Shown: in pieces, positions 1-10,500 of the stretch
Numbering within the stretch: the stretch's first letter is position 1
How the letters are laid out: every line of letters begins with the position of its first letter
Translations under genes and position numbers: made by a program
IMG/VR virus record: IMGVR_UViG_3300020156_000459
Span: 1-51,897 of that record
Origin: a virus
Lineage: Duplodnaviria; Caudoviricetes
Reading direction: 5' to 3' (one strand)
Length of the DNA: 51,897 nucleotides
Notes under the pieces: model-generated
What the model was told of the DNA's origin: nothing
What the model saw: the letters and a program-made list of their open reading frames with translations, nothing else
The model's database searches: none

Positions 1-564
1 TCACCCCTCGCCCACATGCCGGCGCAGGGCGGCGCGGGCGTGGCTGTCGAGGATCGGCAGACCGGCGCGGGCCTCCAGGATGAAGGCGCCGGGATCGGCC
101 AGCGTGCGCAGCGCGTAGCCGATCACCTGGGGCGGGGCCGAGTCGCGCCAGGGCGCCGGGGTGTCCTCGTAGATCGGCGAGAAGGTGCAGCCCAGGAGGG
201 AGGCGCGCAGCATCAGCGCGTTGTCGGCCACCGAGGAACCGGCGGCGCCGGGCGAGGAGAAGGCCATGGTCTCCGCCTCCTCCTCGCTGACGAGGCCGCG
301 GTCGACCAGCACCTCCACCATGGCCGAGGACACCAGAACCGGCGACGCCCGGCCGCGCCAGTAGAAGCGCCCGTCGTCCCAGCCGACGTCCAGGCAGCGG
401 AACACCATGTGCGGCTCCGCCCCACCGACGTTGGCGGCGACCAGATAATTCACCCGCAGCATCCCGTTCCACGAATCGGTCGGCGCCAGGATGCAACTGA
501 CGCCGTTGCGCGTCAGGCGGATGTAAGTGTCGTTGACGCCCGAGGGCTCGAATTCGAACAGCAT
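1..564 (-). CDS. Host hypothetical protein (~187 aa, MLFEFEPSGVND...)
   Basis: C-terminal part of ORF 1..1080; ATG at 564 with GAGG upstream; natural amino-acid composition; no family recognised. Confidence 0.6.
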   Translation of the reverse strand: MLFEFEPSGVNDTYIRLTRNGVSCILAPTDSWNGMLRVNYLVAANVGGAEPHMVFRCLDVGWDDGRFYWRGRASPVLVSSAMVEVLVDRGLVSEEEAETMAFSSPGAAGSSVADNALMLRASLLGCTFSPIYEDTPAPWRDSAPPQVIGYALRTLADPGAFILEARAGLPILDSHARAALRRHVGEG

Positions 565-722
565 CGTGCGGACCTCGCCTGACGGATTCCTGCGCCCCGA
601 TCGCCCCTGCCCCCCGATCGCCCCGATCGCCCCGATAGATGGACTCAGGTTGAGGTCCGGATCCACGAGCGCAACACCCCCTCGCGTATAGGGCAGCACG
701 CCCGTCCGGATACGCCCGAAGG

Positions 723-1139
723 TCAGTCCGTGGTCTCCATCAGCACCGTCGAGTCGCCGCACAGCCGGTAAACCCGCCGCCCGCTGGCGCACAGCGCGGC
801 GACCAGCGACCGCACCGCCGGGGCGTCCGCCGCCTCCGGATGCGCGGGGTCGACGTGCACGACGAAGTCGTCGGCGGCACCGTTGGTGGCGACCAGCGCG
901 TGGCAGCGGTCGGGCCTCAGCGCGTCGGGGAAACGCCGGTCCATCAGCCACAGGCAGCGGAAGCCGCGGCAGGACTCCGGCCGCCCGGCGTAGACGCGGC
1001 ACCCCGCGTCCGGCGCGCAGTGATCGCACCAGCGGGCCGCCGGCTTGTCCAGTTCGGGAACGCGCATCAGCTTGCAGCACAGGGTGCAGGTGCCGCAGGC
1101 GTGTTCCGTCGGTTCATCCGTGTTCGCGTGCGCCGTCAA
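723..1139 (-). CDS. Cysteine-cluster (YkgJ/zinc-iron chelating-like) protein
   Basis: CxxCxxCC (CGTCTLCC), WCDHC, GCRVY..RP..CRGFRCLW; TTG start overlaps the stop of the upstream gene. Confidence 0.7.
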   Translation of the reverse strand: MTAHANTDEPTEHACGTCTLCCKLMRVPELDKPAARWCDHCAPDAGCRVYAGRPESCRGFRCLWLMDRRFPDALRPDRCHALVATNGAADDFVVHVDPAHPEAADAPAVRSLVAALCASGRRVYRLCGDSTVLMETTD

Positions 1140-1375
1140 TCGTCGTTCTCGTCGAAGACGCCGACCTCGTCGTCGTGGCCGCTGCGGCTGGAGTGGAACA
1201 GCAGCGCCATCAGCCCGATGCCGACCGCGCTGGTCAGCACGATGGCCAGAACCAGCGCGATGATCCCATGCAGGCTGAGGCCGAACCCGTCCTCGCCCTC
1301 GAACACCCACAGGGCACCGAAGGCGACGCCGACCAGCAGCGTGCAGGTGCCAGCATAGACGAGGAGCCAGTGCAC
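1136..1375 (-). CDS. Small two-helix membrane protein (host)
   Basis: GTG start after GGAGG; two hydrophobic segments; C-terminal LMALLFHSSRSGHDD. Confidence 0.7.
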   Translation of the reverse strand: MHWLLVYAGTCTLLVGVAFGALWVFEGEDGFGLSLHGIIALVLAIVLTSAVGIGLMALLFHSSRSGHDDEVGVFDENDD

Positions 1376-1433
1376 GGCGCCCTCCGTTTTCCCCCAAAGG
1401 CGAGAATGTAGGGCGCTTGGCGTCGCCGGGCAG

Positions 1434-1539
1434 TCAGGCCGCTGTGGCAAACATGCGTGTCTCGCCGAACGCCGGCACGACGAAGCGCTCCGGCGCGATC
1501 CCCCGCCGGCCGAGCGCGTCGGCCAGTGCCCGCACCGGT
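1434..1539 (-). pseudogene. 3' fragment of the interrupted MBL-fold hydrolase gene
   Basis: Joined across the CCGGT duplication to the 43555-44292 fragment it reads in frame ...AIDAP-VRALADALGRRGIAPERFVVPAFGETRMFATAA-stop. Confidence 0.9.
1535..1539. repeat. 5-bp target site duplication CCGGT (left copy)
   Basis: Identical CCGGT at 43555-43559, immediately outside the other terminus; 5 bp is the Mu-type duplication length. Confidence 0.95.
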
Positions 1540-1586
1540 TGTAGCGCGCCGAATGGTTTGACGGGCTGCGCCGGATGGTTTGACGG
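1540..1586 (+). repeat. Prophage tail-side end (Mu R-end equivalent) with two transposase-binding-like boxes ATGGTTTGACGG (1553-1564, 1575-1586)
   Basis: Direct repeats 22 bp apart; first box begins at nt 14 from the terminus, mirroring the box at the other end. Confidence 0.88.
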
Positions 1587-1591
1587 AACAA

Positions 1592-2173
1592 TCACGTCTC
1601 ACCGGCCCCCAGCGCCCGCCATGGCGCATCCGGCCGGTATCGCGCCTTGATGGCCGCGATGGTCTCGTCCTGCTCGGCAAGCTGGGCGCCGCTCCCCTGC
1701 CTGTCATGGAACAGGGCGTCGAACTGGTTGCCGGCCGCGTCCTTTAAGCTCAGCGACCCGCCGATCTGCGTCAGGTAGGCGATGGCGCGCAGGGTCCGAT
1801 AGCTGGCCGGCGGGACCGGGGGCGCCGGGGCCGGCGCCTCGGGCACCACCATCTCCGTGCCGATCTGGTTGCCCTCGGCGTCGTAGACGGGCACCGCAAC
1901 CGGTTCCGGCACCGGCTCGTCGGCCGCCACCAGCGCCCGCACCTCCGCGTTGGCCTGGATCTGCGCGGCGATTTCCTCGTCGCTCGCCTCCAAGAGCGAC
2001 AACGGCGCCTGGATGCACCTCGGACCGAACACGGCGGGGGTGATGACCTCCTCCGTCTCCGCGTCCACCTCGGCCGGGACGATCTCCACCCACTCCCAGC
2101 GGCGGAGCAGCACCCCACCATCGCCGCCGGGCGGGACCCGGTAGAAGTCGTCGATCTCGTGCTTACGCAGCAT
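1592..2173 (-). CDS. Phage protein downstream of the tail fibre (possible fibre assembly factor)
   Basis: ATG (MLRKHEIDDF) overlaps the tail-fibre stop; acidic, Pro-rich; function inferred from position only. Confidence 0.6.
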   Translation of the reverse strand: MLRKHEIDDFYRVPPGGDGGVLLRRWEWVEIVPAEVDAETEEVITPAVFGPRCIQAPLSLLEASDEEIAAQIQANAEVRALVAADEPVPEPVAVPVYDAEGNQIGTEMVVPEAPAPAPPVPPASYRTLRAIAYLTQIGGSLSLKDAAGNQFDALFHDRQGSGAQLAEQDETIAAIKARYRPDAPWRALGAGET

Positions 2174-5150
2174 AGCGGGCCTCCTCGGAGATGCGCGTGA
2201 CGATGAACTCGACGGCCCAGACGATGCGGGTTGCGGCGACGCCGGTAGGGCGCGCGAACACGGCGTTGTTGGTGGTGTCGAGGTAGAGCGTGGCGTCGGC
2301 GGTGGACGTGACCTCGGTGTCGGTGCCGATGGTCTGTACCGACCCTTGGAGCGTAACCACGCCTCCCGCGTCCCGGTAGACTGTGGCGCGACGGACGTAG
2401 CTGATCCTCTGTCCGTCCGTTGCGCCGTAGACGCGGCCGACGAAGCGCGCCTCAATCATCAGTTCTTCCCGCTCGCCCACCCACACCGGGAGCGGAAGGT
2501 TGATGGGTGTCTGGTCCGGGGTGACGCCGCCGGTCATCCATCGGTTGCCCAGGTCGTTGGCCCGGCGGTGGTGATCGAGGACGGCCTCCTTGCCAGCGAC
2601 GTTCTCCATGAGGAACGCCGCCTCGGCGGTGCTGGCGAGCAGCGTCATGCCGTTGCGCATGGCCCCGGCCCGGACCGTGCCGGCCGTCCAGCCGGCCGCC
2701 GCCGCGTTGTCGTAGAAGGCGGTCACCAGAAGGCCGGCGAAGACGGTGAGCCCCTGGTCCGTCCAGGCGCCCATCAGGCCCCGGCTCTCGTCTCCGCACA
2801 CGTCGATGACGTTGTTGCTGGTGCCGCCCAGGAACGCCTTGGCGGCCGGCCGGAACAGCGGGGCCTCGGCCGCATACATCCGCCTGATCTGCGCCGGGGT
2901 GGGGGCGTAGCCTGCGATCCGCAGCATGGCGACCGAAAGCCCCGTCGCCGCGCCGCTGCTGGACACCCTCCCGCCGATCCGCAGTTTTGCGGCGGTGTTG
3001 TTCAAGCTTCCAACCGCCGCCGCGGACGCCGTCGCGTCGAGGTTGCCGTCGCACCAGAGTTCGAGCGTGGATCCACGTTTGACGAGGGTCCAGGCGCGCC
3101 GCCCGACGTTCACGAAGTCACTTGCAGAGACAAGAATGACGGAATTCGTCCCGTCGCTGATACGCGCCGCGAGTTTCGTTCCATTCGCCAGCAGGCTAAA
3201 GCTTGGTCCCGTGGGCGCGCTGTCGCGGTCCAGGTGGTAACCACCGCCAAAATTGCACGATCCCCACAGCGTGACGAAGAAATCACCGGTCCCGAAATCA
3301 TAGTCAGCGCTGTACGGCTGCTCCAGGTGGTTGCCGTCGCTGAAGCCTGACCACGCCGCCAGATCCGCCCCCGTGGCAACGGCGGTACGGGTCAGCGTTC
3401 CAGCGACATGCAGCCCCTTGCCCTTGCAGCTTCTGTCGGCCGCCCCGAGCTTCACGGAAACGCTGTCGAAATCCACGCTGTCGGCGGCAGTGGCGCCGAC
3501 TTGAAGTATAATGGTGGTCTGGCTGGAACTGGCGGTGAACTGAGCCAGATGCCCGGTAACGCTGGATGTGACGTATCCGCTGCTGTAGAGCCCGGTTCCG
3601 CCTGTTCCAGGCCCATTGACGATGACCAGCGCCCACGGTGCGGTGCCGTTCTTGGCGGCATCGACGGTCACCACGTAGCTCTGCCCCGCGACGGTCGCTA
3701 TGGTCTGGTAAGCCTGGGGCGTGGCGGCGCCGTTGTAAGCCACCCGCAGCTTCCCCGATACCGAGGACAGGCTCGCGGAATTGCCGGCGCTCCAGCCCGT
3801 CGTTGAGGAGCCATCACCACTCGTCACCAGCTCGCCCGAGCCGGTGATAGCGCCGGTCGTCCCGTCGCAGAGGTAGGCGCCGACCACGGAGCCGGGCAGC
3901 CAGCCCGTTGAGTAGTCCTTGGTGATAAAGGCCGTCATGCCGGCGGCGGGGTTGCCGAGGTCTTCGGCGACCAGCGACAGGCCGAAGGACGATGCCGCCG
4001 CTCGTCCTGGAACGAGTCTCTGCGCCGTGCCTCCGAGGATGCGCAAGGACGCTGAGCCTGCCGTCAAATCATAGATCACCGAACGCCAGGACGTATTGGC
4101 GACAGAAGCATACGGCAGCGGTCCAACATCCACGAAGGTGCCCGCCGCGCTGGCCGCCCAGAGACGACCATCAGTCGCAAAGCCAACCTGTGCGTACCCA
4201 GACGCCAGGGAAATATTGACGACTTGTCCGGATGCGTGGATCACCGACACGCCGCCGGCCGAAGCCACCGCCACCGTGGGCACCGGCAGATCGGCCGCAT
4301 CGAGCAGCGCCGCCGGCAGGACACGCGCCGCGACGTGCTTGCAGTCGGCCGCGACGATGGCGCCGGCCGCGCTGACCAGCCCCCACCCCCGCCCCGCGTT
4401 GCGGTCGGCCAGCGTGCCTTTGTAGCGATGCAAGCCGGCGGCGTCGCGCCGCCACGCCTCGTCGGTGGCGAGGTTCAGCGTGTACAGCCCCGTCGAGGTG
4501 CTGACGAAGATCCGGCCCTGCCGGTAGGCGACACTGGTCGGCGTGCCCTCGATGGCGTTCCCGGTCGCCACCGTGAAAACCGCCCACAGGCGCGGCACGG
4601 CGGGTGTCACCGACACGTCCAGGTCCAGCCCGTCGAGGATCACCAGCGAGCCGGAGCGCAGCAGGATCTGGCCAGCGAGCGGCACGTCCTTGCGCCAGCC
4701 GCGCGTGGCGCTGGCGGCCTCGTGGTAGAGCGAGCCGGCGCGGGCCTTGCGCGTCCAGTCACCGAAATCGGTGTCGTGCGTCGCGTCCAGGAAGTCCACG
4801 TCCACGTAGTCGGCCGCCCCGTAAGCCGTGGGCTGGGCGGTGGTGGCGCCCGAGCCGGACCATGCCGAGGGGAGGCGCACGTCAATGGACGGGAAGCTCA
4901 GCGCCGTCGTGCTGCCGGTCGTCACCTGACCGACCAGGGCCTCCACCGCCGCCTTGATGGTCGCGGCGGCGTCGCGGGCGGCGATGGCCGCGTCGCGGGC
5001 GCCCTGGGCGTCGCCGCTCGTCAAATGTCGGAATGCCGCCGCTTGGCAGGCTGCGTATCCCTTGATGGGATCGGCGTAGCCCTGGCCGGCCCAATCGCTG
5101 GCCTTGAAGTGCTGGCCGTCCCAGATCCATTCATCAACGCCGAGGGTCAT
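2163..5150 (-). CDS. Tail fibre/receptor-binding protein with LamG-like and carbohydrate-binding-like domains (~995 aa)
   Basis: ATG at 5150 (MTLGVDEW); DFGTGDF...LVKRGSTLELWCDG...LRIGG...LRIAGYAPTPAQI LamG signature; YQTIATVAGQSYVVT CBM-like segment. Confidence 0.8.
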   Translation of the reverse strand: MTLGVDEWIWDGQHFKASDWAGQGYADPIKGYAACQAAAFRHLTSGDAQGARDAAIAARDAAATIKAAVEALVGQVTTGSTTALSFPSIDVRLPSAWSGSGATTAQPTAYGAADYVDVDFLDATHDTDFGDWTRKARAGSLYHEAASATRGWRKDVPLAGQILLRSGSLVILDGLDLDVSVTPAVPRLWAVFTVATGNAIEGTPTSVAYRQGRIFVSTSTGLYTLNLATDEAWRRDAAGLHRYKGTLADRNAGRGWGLVSAAGAIVAADCKHVAARVLPAALLDAADLPVPTVAVASAGGVSVIHASGQVVNISLASGYAQVGFATDGRLWAASAAGTFVDVGPLPYASVANTSWRSVIYDLTAGSASLRILGGTAQRLVPGRAAASSFGLSLVAEDLGNPAAGMTAFITKDYSTGWLPGSVVGAYLCDGTTGAITGSGELVTSGDGSSTTGWSAGNSASLSSVSGKLRVAYNGAATPQAYQTIATVAGQSYVVTVDAAKNGTAPWALVIVNGPGTGGTGLYSSGYVTSSVTGHLAQFTASSSQTTIILQVGATAADSVDFDSVSVKLGAADRSCKGKGLHVAGTLTRTAVATGADLAAWSGFSDGNHLEQPYSADYDFGTGDFFVTLWGSCNFGGGYHLDRDSAPTGPSFSLLANGTKLAARISDGTNSVILVSASDFVNVGRRAWTLVKRGSTLELWCDGNLDATASAAAVGSLNNTAAKLRIGGRVSSSGAATGLSVAMLRIAGYAPTPAQIRRMYAAEAPLFRPAAKAFLGGTSNNVIDVCGDESRGLMGAWTDQGLTVFAGLLVTAFYDNAAAAGWTAGTVRAGAMRNGMTLLASTAEAAFLMENVAGKEAVLDHHRRANDLGNRWMTGGVTPDQTPINLPLPVWVGEREELMIEARFVGRVYGATDGQRISYVRRATVYRDAGGVVTLQGSVQTIGTDTEVTSTADATLYLDTTNNAVFARPTGVAATRIVWAVEFIVTRISEEARYAA

Positions 5151-6010
5151 GCGGGGAACTCCAGAACCTTGAACGACTTCGCGCGCAGGCCGAAGGCGGC
5201 GCCGGCGCGGATGGGGGTGGTGTCGTCGAGCTGACCGTAGACGGTCAGGTCGTGCCGGTGCTCGGTATCCAGCGGGTCGATGCAGACGAAGACGCCGGCA
5301 AGCTTGTCCGAGCGCTGGTCCATGCGGAGGAAGAGCCCGGATGCCTCGGACTGCGAGAGGTCGGCGAACGTCACGTCCATCTCGCGCCACTGAAGGCCGG
5401 GCACGACGCGCCGCACGCCGATGGTGTTGCGCGACGCCGTGGCGCCCGATGCCCAGCGGAGGCTCCAGTCGTCGGTGATGCCCCACTCCGACTGGATGCC
5501 GGGCCCGACGATCAGGCGGGACAGGTCCATGCCGGGGGATCCGGCGGGCAGGAACCACTCGACGTCGACGCCCCACGCCAGCCGGGCCGGGCGGGGGAAG
5601 ACGAAGGCCGGCCAGCCCAGCGCCGGCAGATCCTCGTCGGCCGGGAAGCCGCCCCAGGTGAACAGGCCCTCCGGCAGGACGCCGAAGGGTTCGGTGGCAT
5701 ACCAGACGGGCTCCTCGATGACGAAGCCGCCGGAGAAGGACGAGCTGTCATGCAGCGTGATCCGCCAGGACGAGCCGCGCGGCGCCGTGTGCCCCAGCGC
5801 CACGACGAGGCCGACGAGGCGCGGCGCCGCGAAGGCCAGCCGCCGCTTGGTCGAAGCGTACAAGCCGTCGACCGAGCGGGCCCGCCACCGCATGTCGTCG
5901 GACTGCGCGGCCTCCCAGGGCAGCGATGGCATCCAGCTTCCCAGCGTGGCCGTGGCGGTGTCCGCCCAATTCTGCCAGTTCACGAGGCACGTGCGGCTGT
6001 TGTCGGTCAT
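5147..6010 (-). CDS. Tail tip/distal tail protein (~287 aa)
   Basis: ATG (MTDNSRTCLVNW) coupled to both neighbours; position between hub protein and fibre. Confidence 0.65.
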   Translation of the reverse strand: MTDNSRTCLVNWQNWADTATATLGSWMPSLPWEAAQSDDMRWRARSVDGLYASTKRRLAFAAPRLVGLVVALGHTAPRGSSWRITLHDSSSFSGGFVIEEPVWYATEPFGVLPEGLFTWGGFPADEDLPALGWPAFVFPRPARLAWGVDVEWFLPAGSPGMDLSRLIVGPGIQSEWGITDDWSLRWASGATASRNTIGVRRVVPGLQWREMDVTFADLSQSEASGLFLRMDQRSDKLAGVFVCIDPLDTEHRHDLTVYGQLDDTTPIRAGAAFGLRAKSFKVLEFPA

Positions 6011-7530
6011 GGCTGCGGTCCCACCAGCGTCATGCGCATCGGCCCTTTGCGCGACCGGCGCGTCTCGATCACCACCCCCGACCAGCCGCCGTCCAGCAGG
6101 TACTCCGGCCACGCGATCCGCACCGTCTTGCCCAGCCGCACGCCGTCGACCGGCCGGGGGAGGTCGACGTCGAAGCCGGCCATGGCGATGCCGAACAGGG
6201 CTCCGTAGCGGTCGGCCAGCGCCTGGGCGGCCGTCACGCCGTCGAGCGGTGCGTCCAGGTTCTCCTCGGTGGCCAGCAGGTCGACGGGCGACGGGTCGGT
6301 CCAGGCCACGGTGAGCGTGCGGGCGAGGAGGCGGTCCCGGTCGGCCGCGGGCATGGTCGGCACCAAGTCGCCCTCCGAATAGGCCGCTGCCAGCGGCGCA
6401 TAGCCGATGGTCTGCTTCTTGATCCGCTGGGCCACCTTGCGCGGAGTCACGCCGTCGATCTCGCGGGCGTCGAGGGTGATGTCCGCCGCGGCGGGGAGGT
6501 CGAAGCGGCCCACGTCGAGCAGACCATCCTCGTCGGTGTTCCACCAGATCAGGTCGCTGGCGGCCAGTTCGTCGATCGCCTGCTGGATGGTGAGGTCGCG
6601 GTCGCCGTCGAAGTACCAGGACAGCGTGGCGGTGGAGGCGGTGCCGATCGCTGTCCAGGAGGCGGGGCGGAGCGGCAGCGTCGGCGCCATCAGGCCCAGG
6701 ATGTATTCGGCGAGTTGGCCGAAGGTCTGGAGCCAGACGCCGCCCACCTTCGCACCGCGGCCGGTGACCCTCGGCTCGCCCTGGGGCGTGGCGCGCAGCC
6801 GGAACAGGCCCAGCGCGTTGCAGGTGGTGTAGTCGACCGGGGTGCCGCCGGGCCCGGCGGTGGACAGGTCGGCCGCCGCCAGCGCGGCGTAATCCGCATA
6901 GTCCGGTCCGACCACGTCGAGGGGGTCGCCCTTGTCGCGGATCAGCTCCACACCGTCGACCCCGCCCGCGTGCCACTGGTAGATGTTCTTGACGCCGTCC
7001 AGCAGACGGGCCTTGCCCTCGCGCACCCGACCGCCGGCGAAGGGCCGCTTTTTTTCCTTCAGCGACGCTGGGCCGCCAATGCCCCCGGTGCCGTCGTAGG
7101 CGCCCGGCGAGAACTTCCCCTCCACCAGCGCCTGGAGGTCGCGGAGGTCGATGGTGCCGCCGGTGCGGGTGGGGGTGAACGCCGCAGCTTGGCCCTTGAA
7201 GAAGCGAACCGCATCGGCGAAGGCGCCGCCGCTGGGCAGGTCCAGCAACTCGATCGACCGGCCGCCCCAGACGAAGCGAGCCCAAGGCGCCAGCGCGCCC
7301 TTGTCGGCGCCCAGCACAACCTGCCCGTAATTGGTGCGGCTGTATCCACCGACGCGGGTGCCGGACCACAACGACCGCGTGACCGTGGGCGCGGCGTCAA
7401 TGCGGCGGACGAAGTAGGTGTTGGCCAGCATGTCGACTCGCCCGGTCGTAAAGCCGGTGTCGCTGGAGTAGAGGCGCGTCGTGGCGCCGGTCGCGGGATC
7501 GTACGGGTCGGCGATCATGAGGATGGCCAT
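6007..7530 (-). CDS. Tail tip/hub protein (507 aa)
   Basis: Directly follows the tape measure; YDGTGGIGG...KKRPFAGGRV motif typical of proteobacterial siphovirus tail proteins. Confidence 0.7.
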   Translation of the reverse strand: MAILMIADPYDPATGATTRLYSSDTGFTTGRVDMLANTYFVRRIDAAPTVTRSLWSGTRVGGYSRTNYGQVVLGADKGALAPWARFVWGGRSIELLDLPSGGAFADAVRFFKGQAAAFTPTRTGGTIDLRDLQALVEGKFSPGAYDGTGGIGGPASLKEKKRPFAGGRVREGKARLLDGVKNIYQWHAGGVDGVELIRDKGDPLDVVGPDYADYAALAAADLSTAGPGGTPVDYTTCNALGLFRLRATPQGEPRVTGRGAKVGGVWLQTFGQLAEYILGLMAPTLPLRPASWTAIGTASTATLSWYFDGDRDLTIQQAIDELAASDLIWWNTDEDGLLDVGRFDLPAAADITLDAREIDGVTPRKVAQRIKKQTIGYAPLAAAYSEGDLVPTMPAADRDRLLARTLTVAWTDPSPVDLLATEENLDAPLDGVTAAQALADRYGALFGIAMAGFDVDLPRPVDGVRLGKTVRIAWPEYLLDGGWSGVVIETRRSRKGPMRMTLVGPQP

Positions 7531-7533
7531 GGC

Positions 7534-10500
7534 TCAGTGCCCTCCGGCCGCGCGCATCAGGACCGGCTCACCGTCGCCGGTCACTTCCTCGCGCAGCTCG
7601 TCGACGGCATCGACCACCGCGCCAACCGCGTCCTTCACCGCGCCGCCGGTGCCGGCGACAACCTGCATGAGCTGGTCCAGGCGGTCCCGGATCTCGCCCA
7701 GGCCGCGCGCGATGGCGGCGGTGTCGACGCTGATGACGGCGGGGCCGCCGTGGCTCTCGGCCAGCCGCTCGATCAGGCGCGACTGCTCGACCGAGAGCAC
7801 GCGCTCCTCCGGCATCAAGAGCGCGCGCACGCTGTCCAGGCCGCTCACCGCGCCGGGGAAGGTGCTGGGCACCTTGCCGCCTTGGGCGAAGCGGCGCCCC
7901 TCGAAGAAGCCCGACCGCAGGTAGTGCTCCAGGCCTCGGCCGGTCGGATAGCCGCCGAGCGCCTGCGCCACGTCGGGATTGAGGCGCAGGTAGCGCTCTT
8001 CGGACCACTGGATGCCGGCGGCGCCGAACTGTTGCTCGAACTGGTCGAGGATGCCGTTCAAGTGCAGCTTCGACTGCACCAGGTCGTTGGACAGGTAGCT
8101 GCTGAAGCTCCCGCCGTACATGTTCTGGATGGTCCAGGTGAGCGGGCCGCCGGAAGCGCTGGCGACCTGCGACGCCTTCCCGCCGTCCAGGACGGTGCCT
8201 TCGGGCTGCGGCGTGGTGCTGCCGCCGCCGGTGCCCGTCCCACCCGTGCCCGTCCCACCCGTGCCCGTCCCACCCGTGCCCGTCTTGGCGTCGATCGACC
8301 TCAGCGCCTCGACCATCTCGCGGAGGTAGCCGCCGCCGGTGCCGAAGATGCCCTCGAACAGCGTGCCCAGCGGCACCTGCTTGGCCAGCGGACCGCTGAT
8401 GCCCGTCTGCTTCTCGATCTCCGACAGGGGCGCGCCCTCGGCGTTCAGCGCGGCGGCGAGCAGCTGCGGCATCGCGTTCAGCGCGTCGGTCTGCCGTTGC
8501 GCCTCGGACTTCACCATGGGCAAGCCGCCCAGCGCGGCGTCGATGAAGTCCTCGACCCCCTTGTAGTCCAGGCCGCTCGCCTGACCCTCCTGGGCGAGCT
8601 TGCGGTAGGTCTCGGCGTACTGCGTGATCTGGCGCAGGGCCTCCTGCACCGTCGTCGGGTCGCTGGACGTGGCGATCAGCGAGAGCTGCGACACGAACTG
8701 CTCACGGGCCGCCTTCAGCCGCTCGTCATAGCCGGCGGCACCGTCGTTGCCCGTCTTCAGACCGTCCCGGTAGCGCTGGATATCGGCACCGGTCGACCGG
8801 GCGAAGCTGGCCAGCTCCTCCATCGCCGATTGCGCCGTCGCCGCCGCCTCGCTGGCGGCCAGCCCGGTGCGGTCCCAACGGTCGATGGCCTCGCTGTAGA
8901 GGGTGTTGAACTGCTCGGTGGTGATCCGGCCGTTGCGGAGGTTGGCTTCCAGGCCCTCGATCGCGCGGTTGAGCAGCGACACGTCCTGGATGCCGGCGGC
9001 CAGGGCGCCGAACAGGAGGCGCAGGCGGCGGGTGGTCTCCGGAAAGGCGTCGCGGTTCAGCCCGGTGCCCGAGTACAGTTCGTCGACCGTGACCACGCCA
9101 TCGCCGCGCAGGGTGCGGGCGGTGCGAGCGCGCGACGCATTCAACGTCGACTCCATCGCCAGCGCGGCGGCGCGGCCGTCTTCGAAGCTCTGCGTCAGCA
9201 GCCCCAGGATGCTGGAGAACTGGTCGGCGGTGATGCGCCCGTTGCGCAGCCGCCGGATCAGCTCGTCCTTGGCGCCGATCAGATCGTCCAGCGTGCCCTT
9301 GCCCGAACGGGCCTTGTCGAAGAAGCCGTCCAGGCTGGCCGTCAGGGCCGGGAACTCACCGGCCTTCAAGCCCAGCTCGTCGAGCACGTCGGCGGCGGTG
9401 CTGCGGAAGGTCGGATCGTACTTCGCGCGCAGGGACCGCGTGGCGCGGCGGTCGACGGTCTGGATGCCCTCCTCGAACGCGTTCACCGCGGCGGCAACGT
9501 ACCGGCGGGAAAAGTCGGCCTGCGCCTCGGCCGTATACTCCAGGGCGGTCAGGGTGGAGCGCAGCCCTTCCAGTGCGATCTCCGCCTGCTTGGTCACCCC
9601 GGCCACGCCCGTCAGCGGCCGGTAGTCGGGGGTCCGCAGGCCCAGTTCCGTCTCGAACGACTTTTGCAGCAGCGGAAGGGCGTTTTCCTTGGTGTCGAGG
9701 CCCAGCTTGGTCACGCGCGTCAGCAGGTCGACGTACGTCTCCTGCATCGTCGTGCCCATCTCCTTGGCGGAGGTGGTCCACTGCTTGATCTGATCGTCGA
9801 AGGGGTTGTACCCCTCGCGGGTGATCTTCTTGACGTTGGTCCAGGTGGCGGCGGCGCCGAGGTCCTTGGTGAATTCCTCAACCGTCTTGGCCGTCGACAT
9901 CTTCAACGCCTTGGTGACGTTGTCATCTTCGAACGCCAGCTTGCCGGCCTGCACCAGCTTCGCCTGGAAGCGCCGGACGCCGTCGATCACGGCCTCTTCG
10001 GCCGTGTCGAAGCCCGCGGATTTTTGATTGTCCAACTCGGAATAGAACTTGCCGTCTTTCGCAAAGTGCGAAATGACCAGCCCGTAATCCTTGGCGGCCT
10101 TGTCCAGGCGGCCGGAGCCGATATCAAGCAGGCCGTTGAACAGCTCGGCCGCCGCGTTGCCCAGCGCCTTCGCGTTCTCGTCCGATCCCTCGTTGTCCGT
10201 ACCCCACGACTTGAGGCTGGCCTTGCCGTCGTCGATGCCCATGCGGCCGGCGGAGATGGGGCCGACCGTTTCCTTTTGCGTGCCGAGCACGGCCATGACG
10301 GCGGCCAGCACCGCCGCCGCCGCCCAGCCGTAGGGGCCGAGGCTCAGCAGGCCCATCTGCGTCGCGGCATAGGCGCTCAAGCCGCCGATCGCCGCGCCGG
10401 CCAAGCCGCCGGCCAGCTTGCTGTTCAATGCGGTGCCGATCATCGCGCCGCCCGCTCCGCCGATGGCGGCCGGGGCGAGCACCTGCCCGAACGACGCCGC

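Noticed and set aside
595-636. Short CCCCGATCG repeats
   Set aside because: Three or four low-complexity copies with no spacers; not a CRISPR array or clear regulatory structure
1592-5150. Diversity-generating retroelement or invertible tail-fibre segment
   Set aside because: No reverse transcriptase, invertase, template/variable repeat pair or flanking inverted repeats seen
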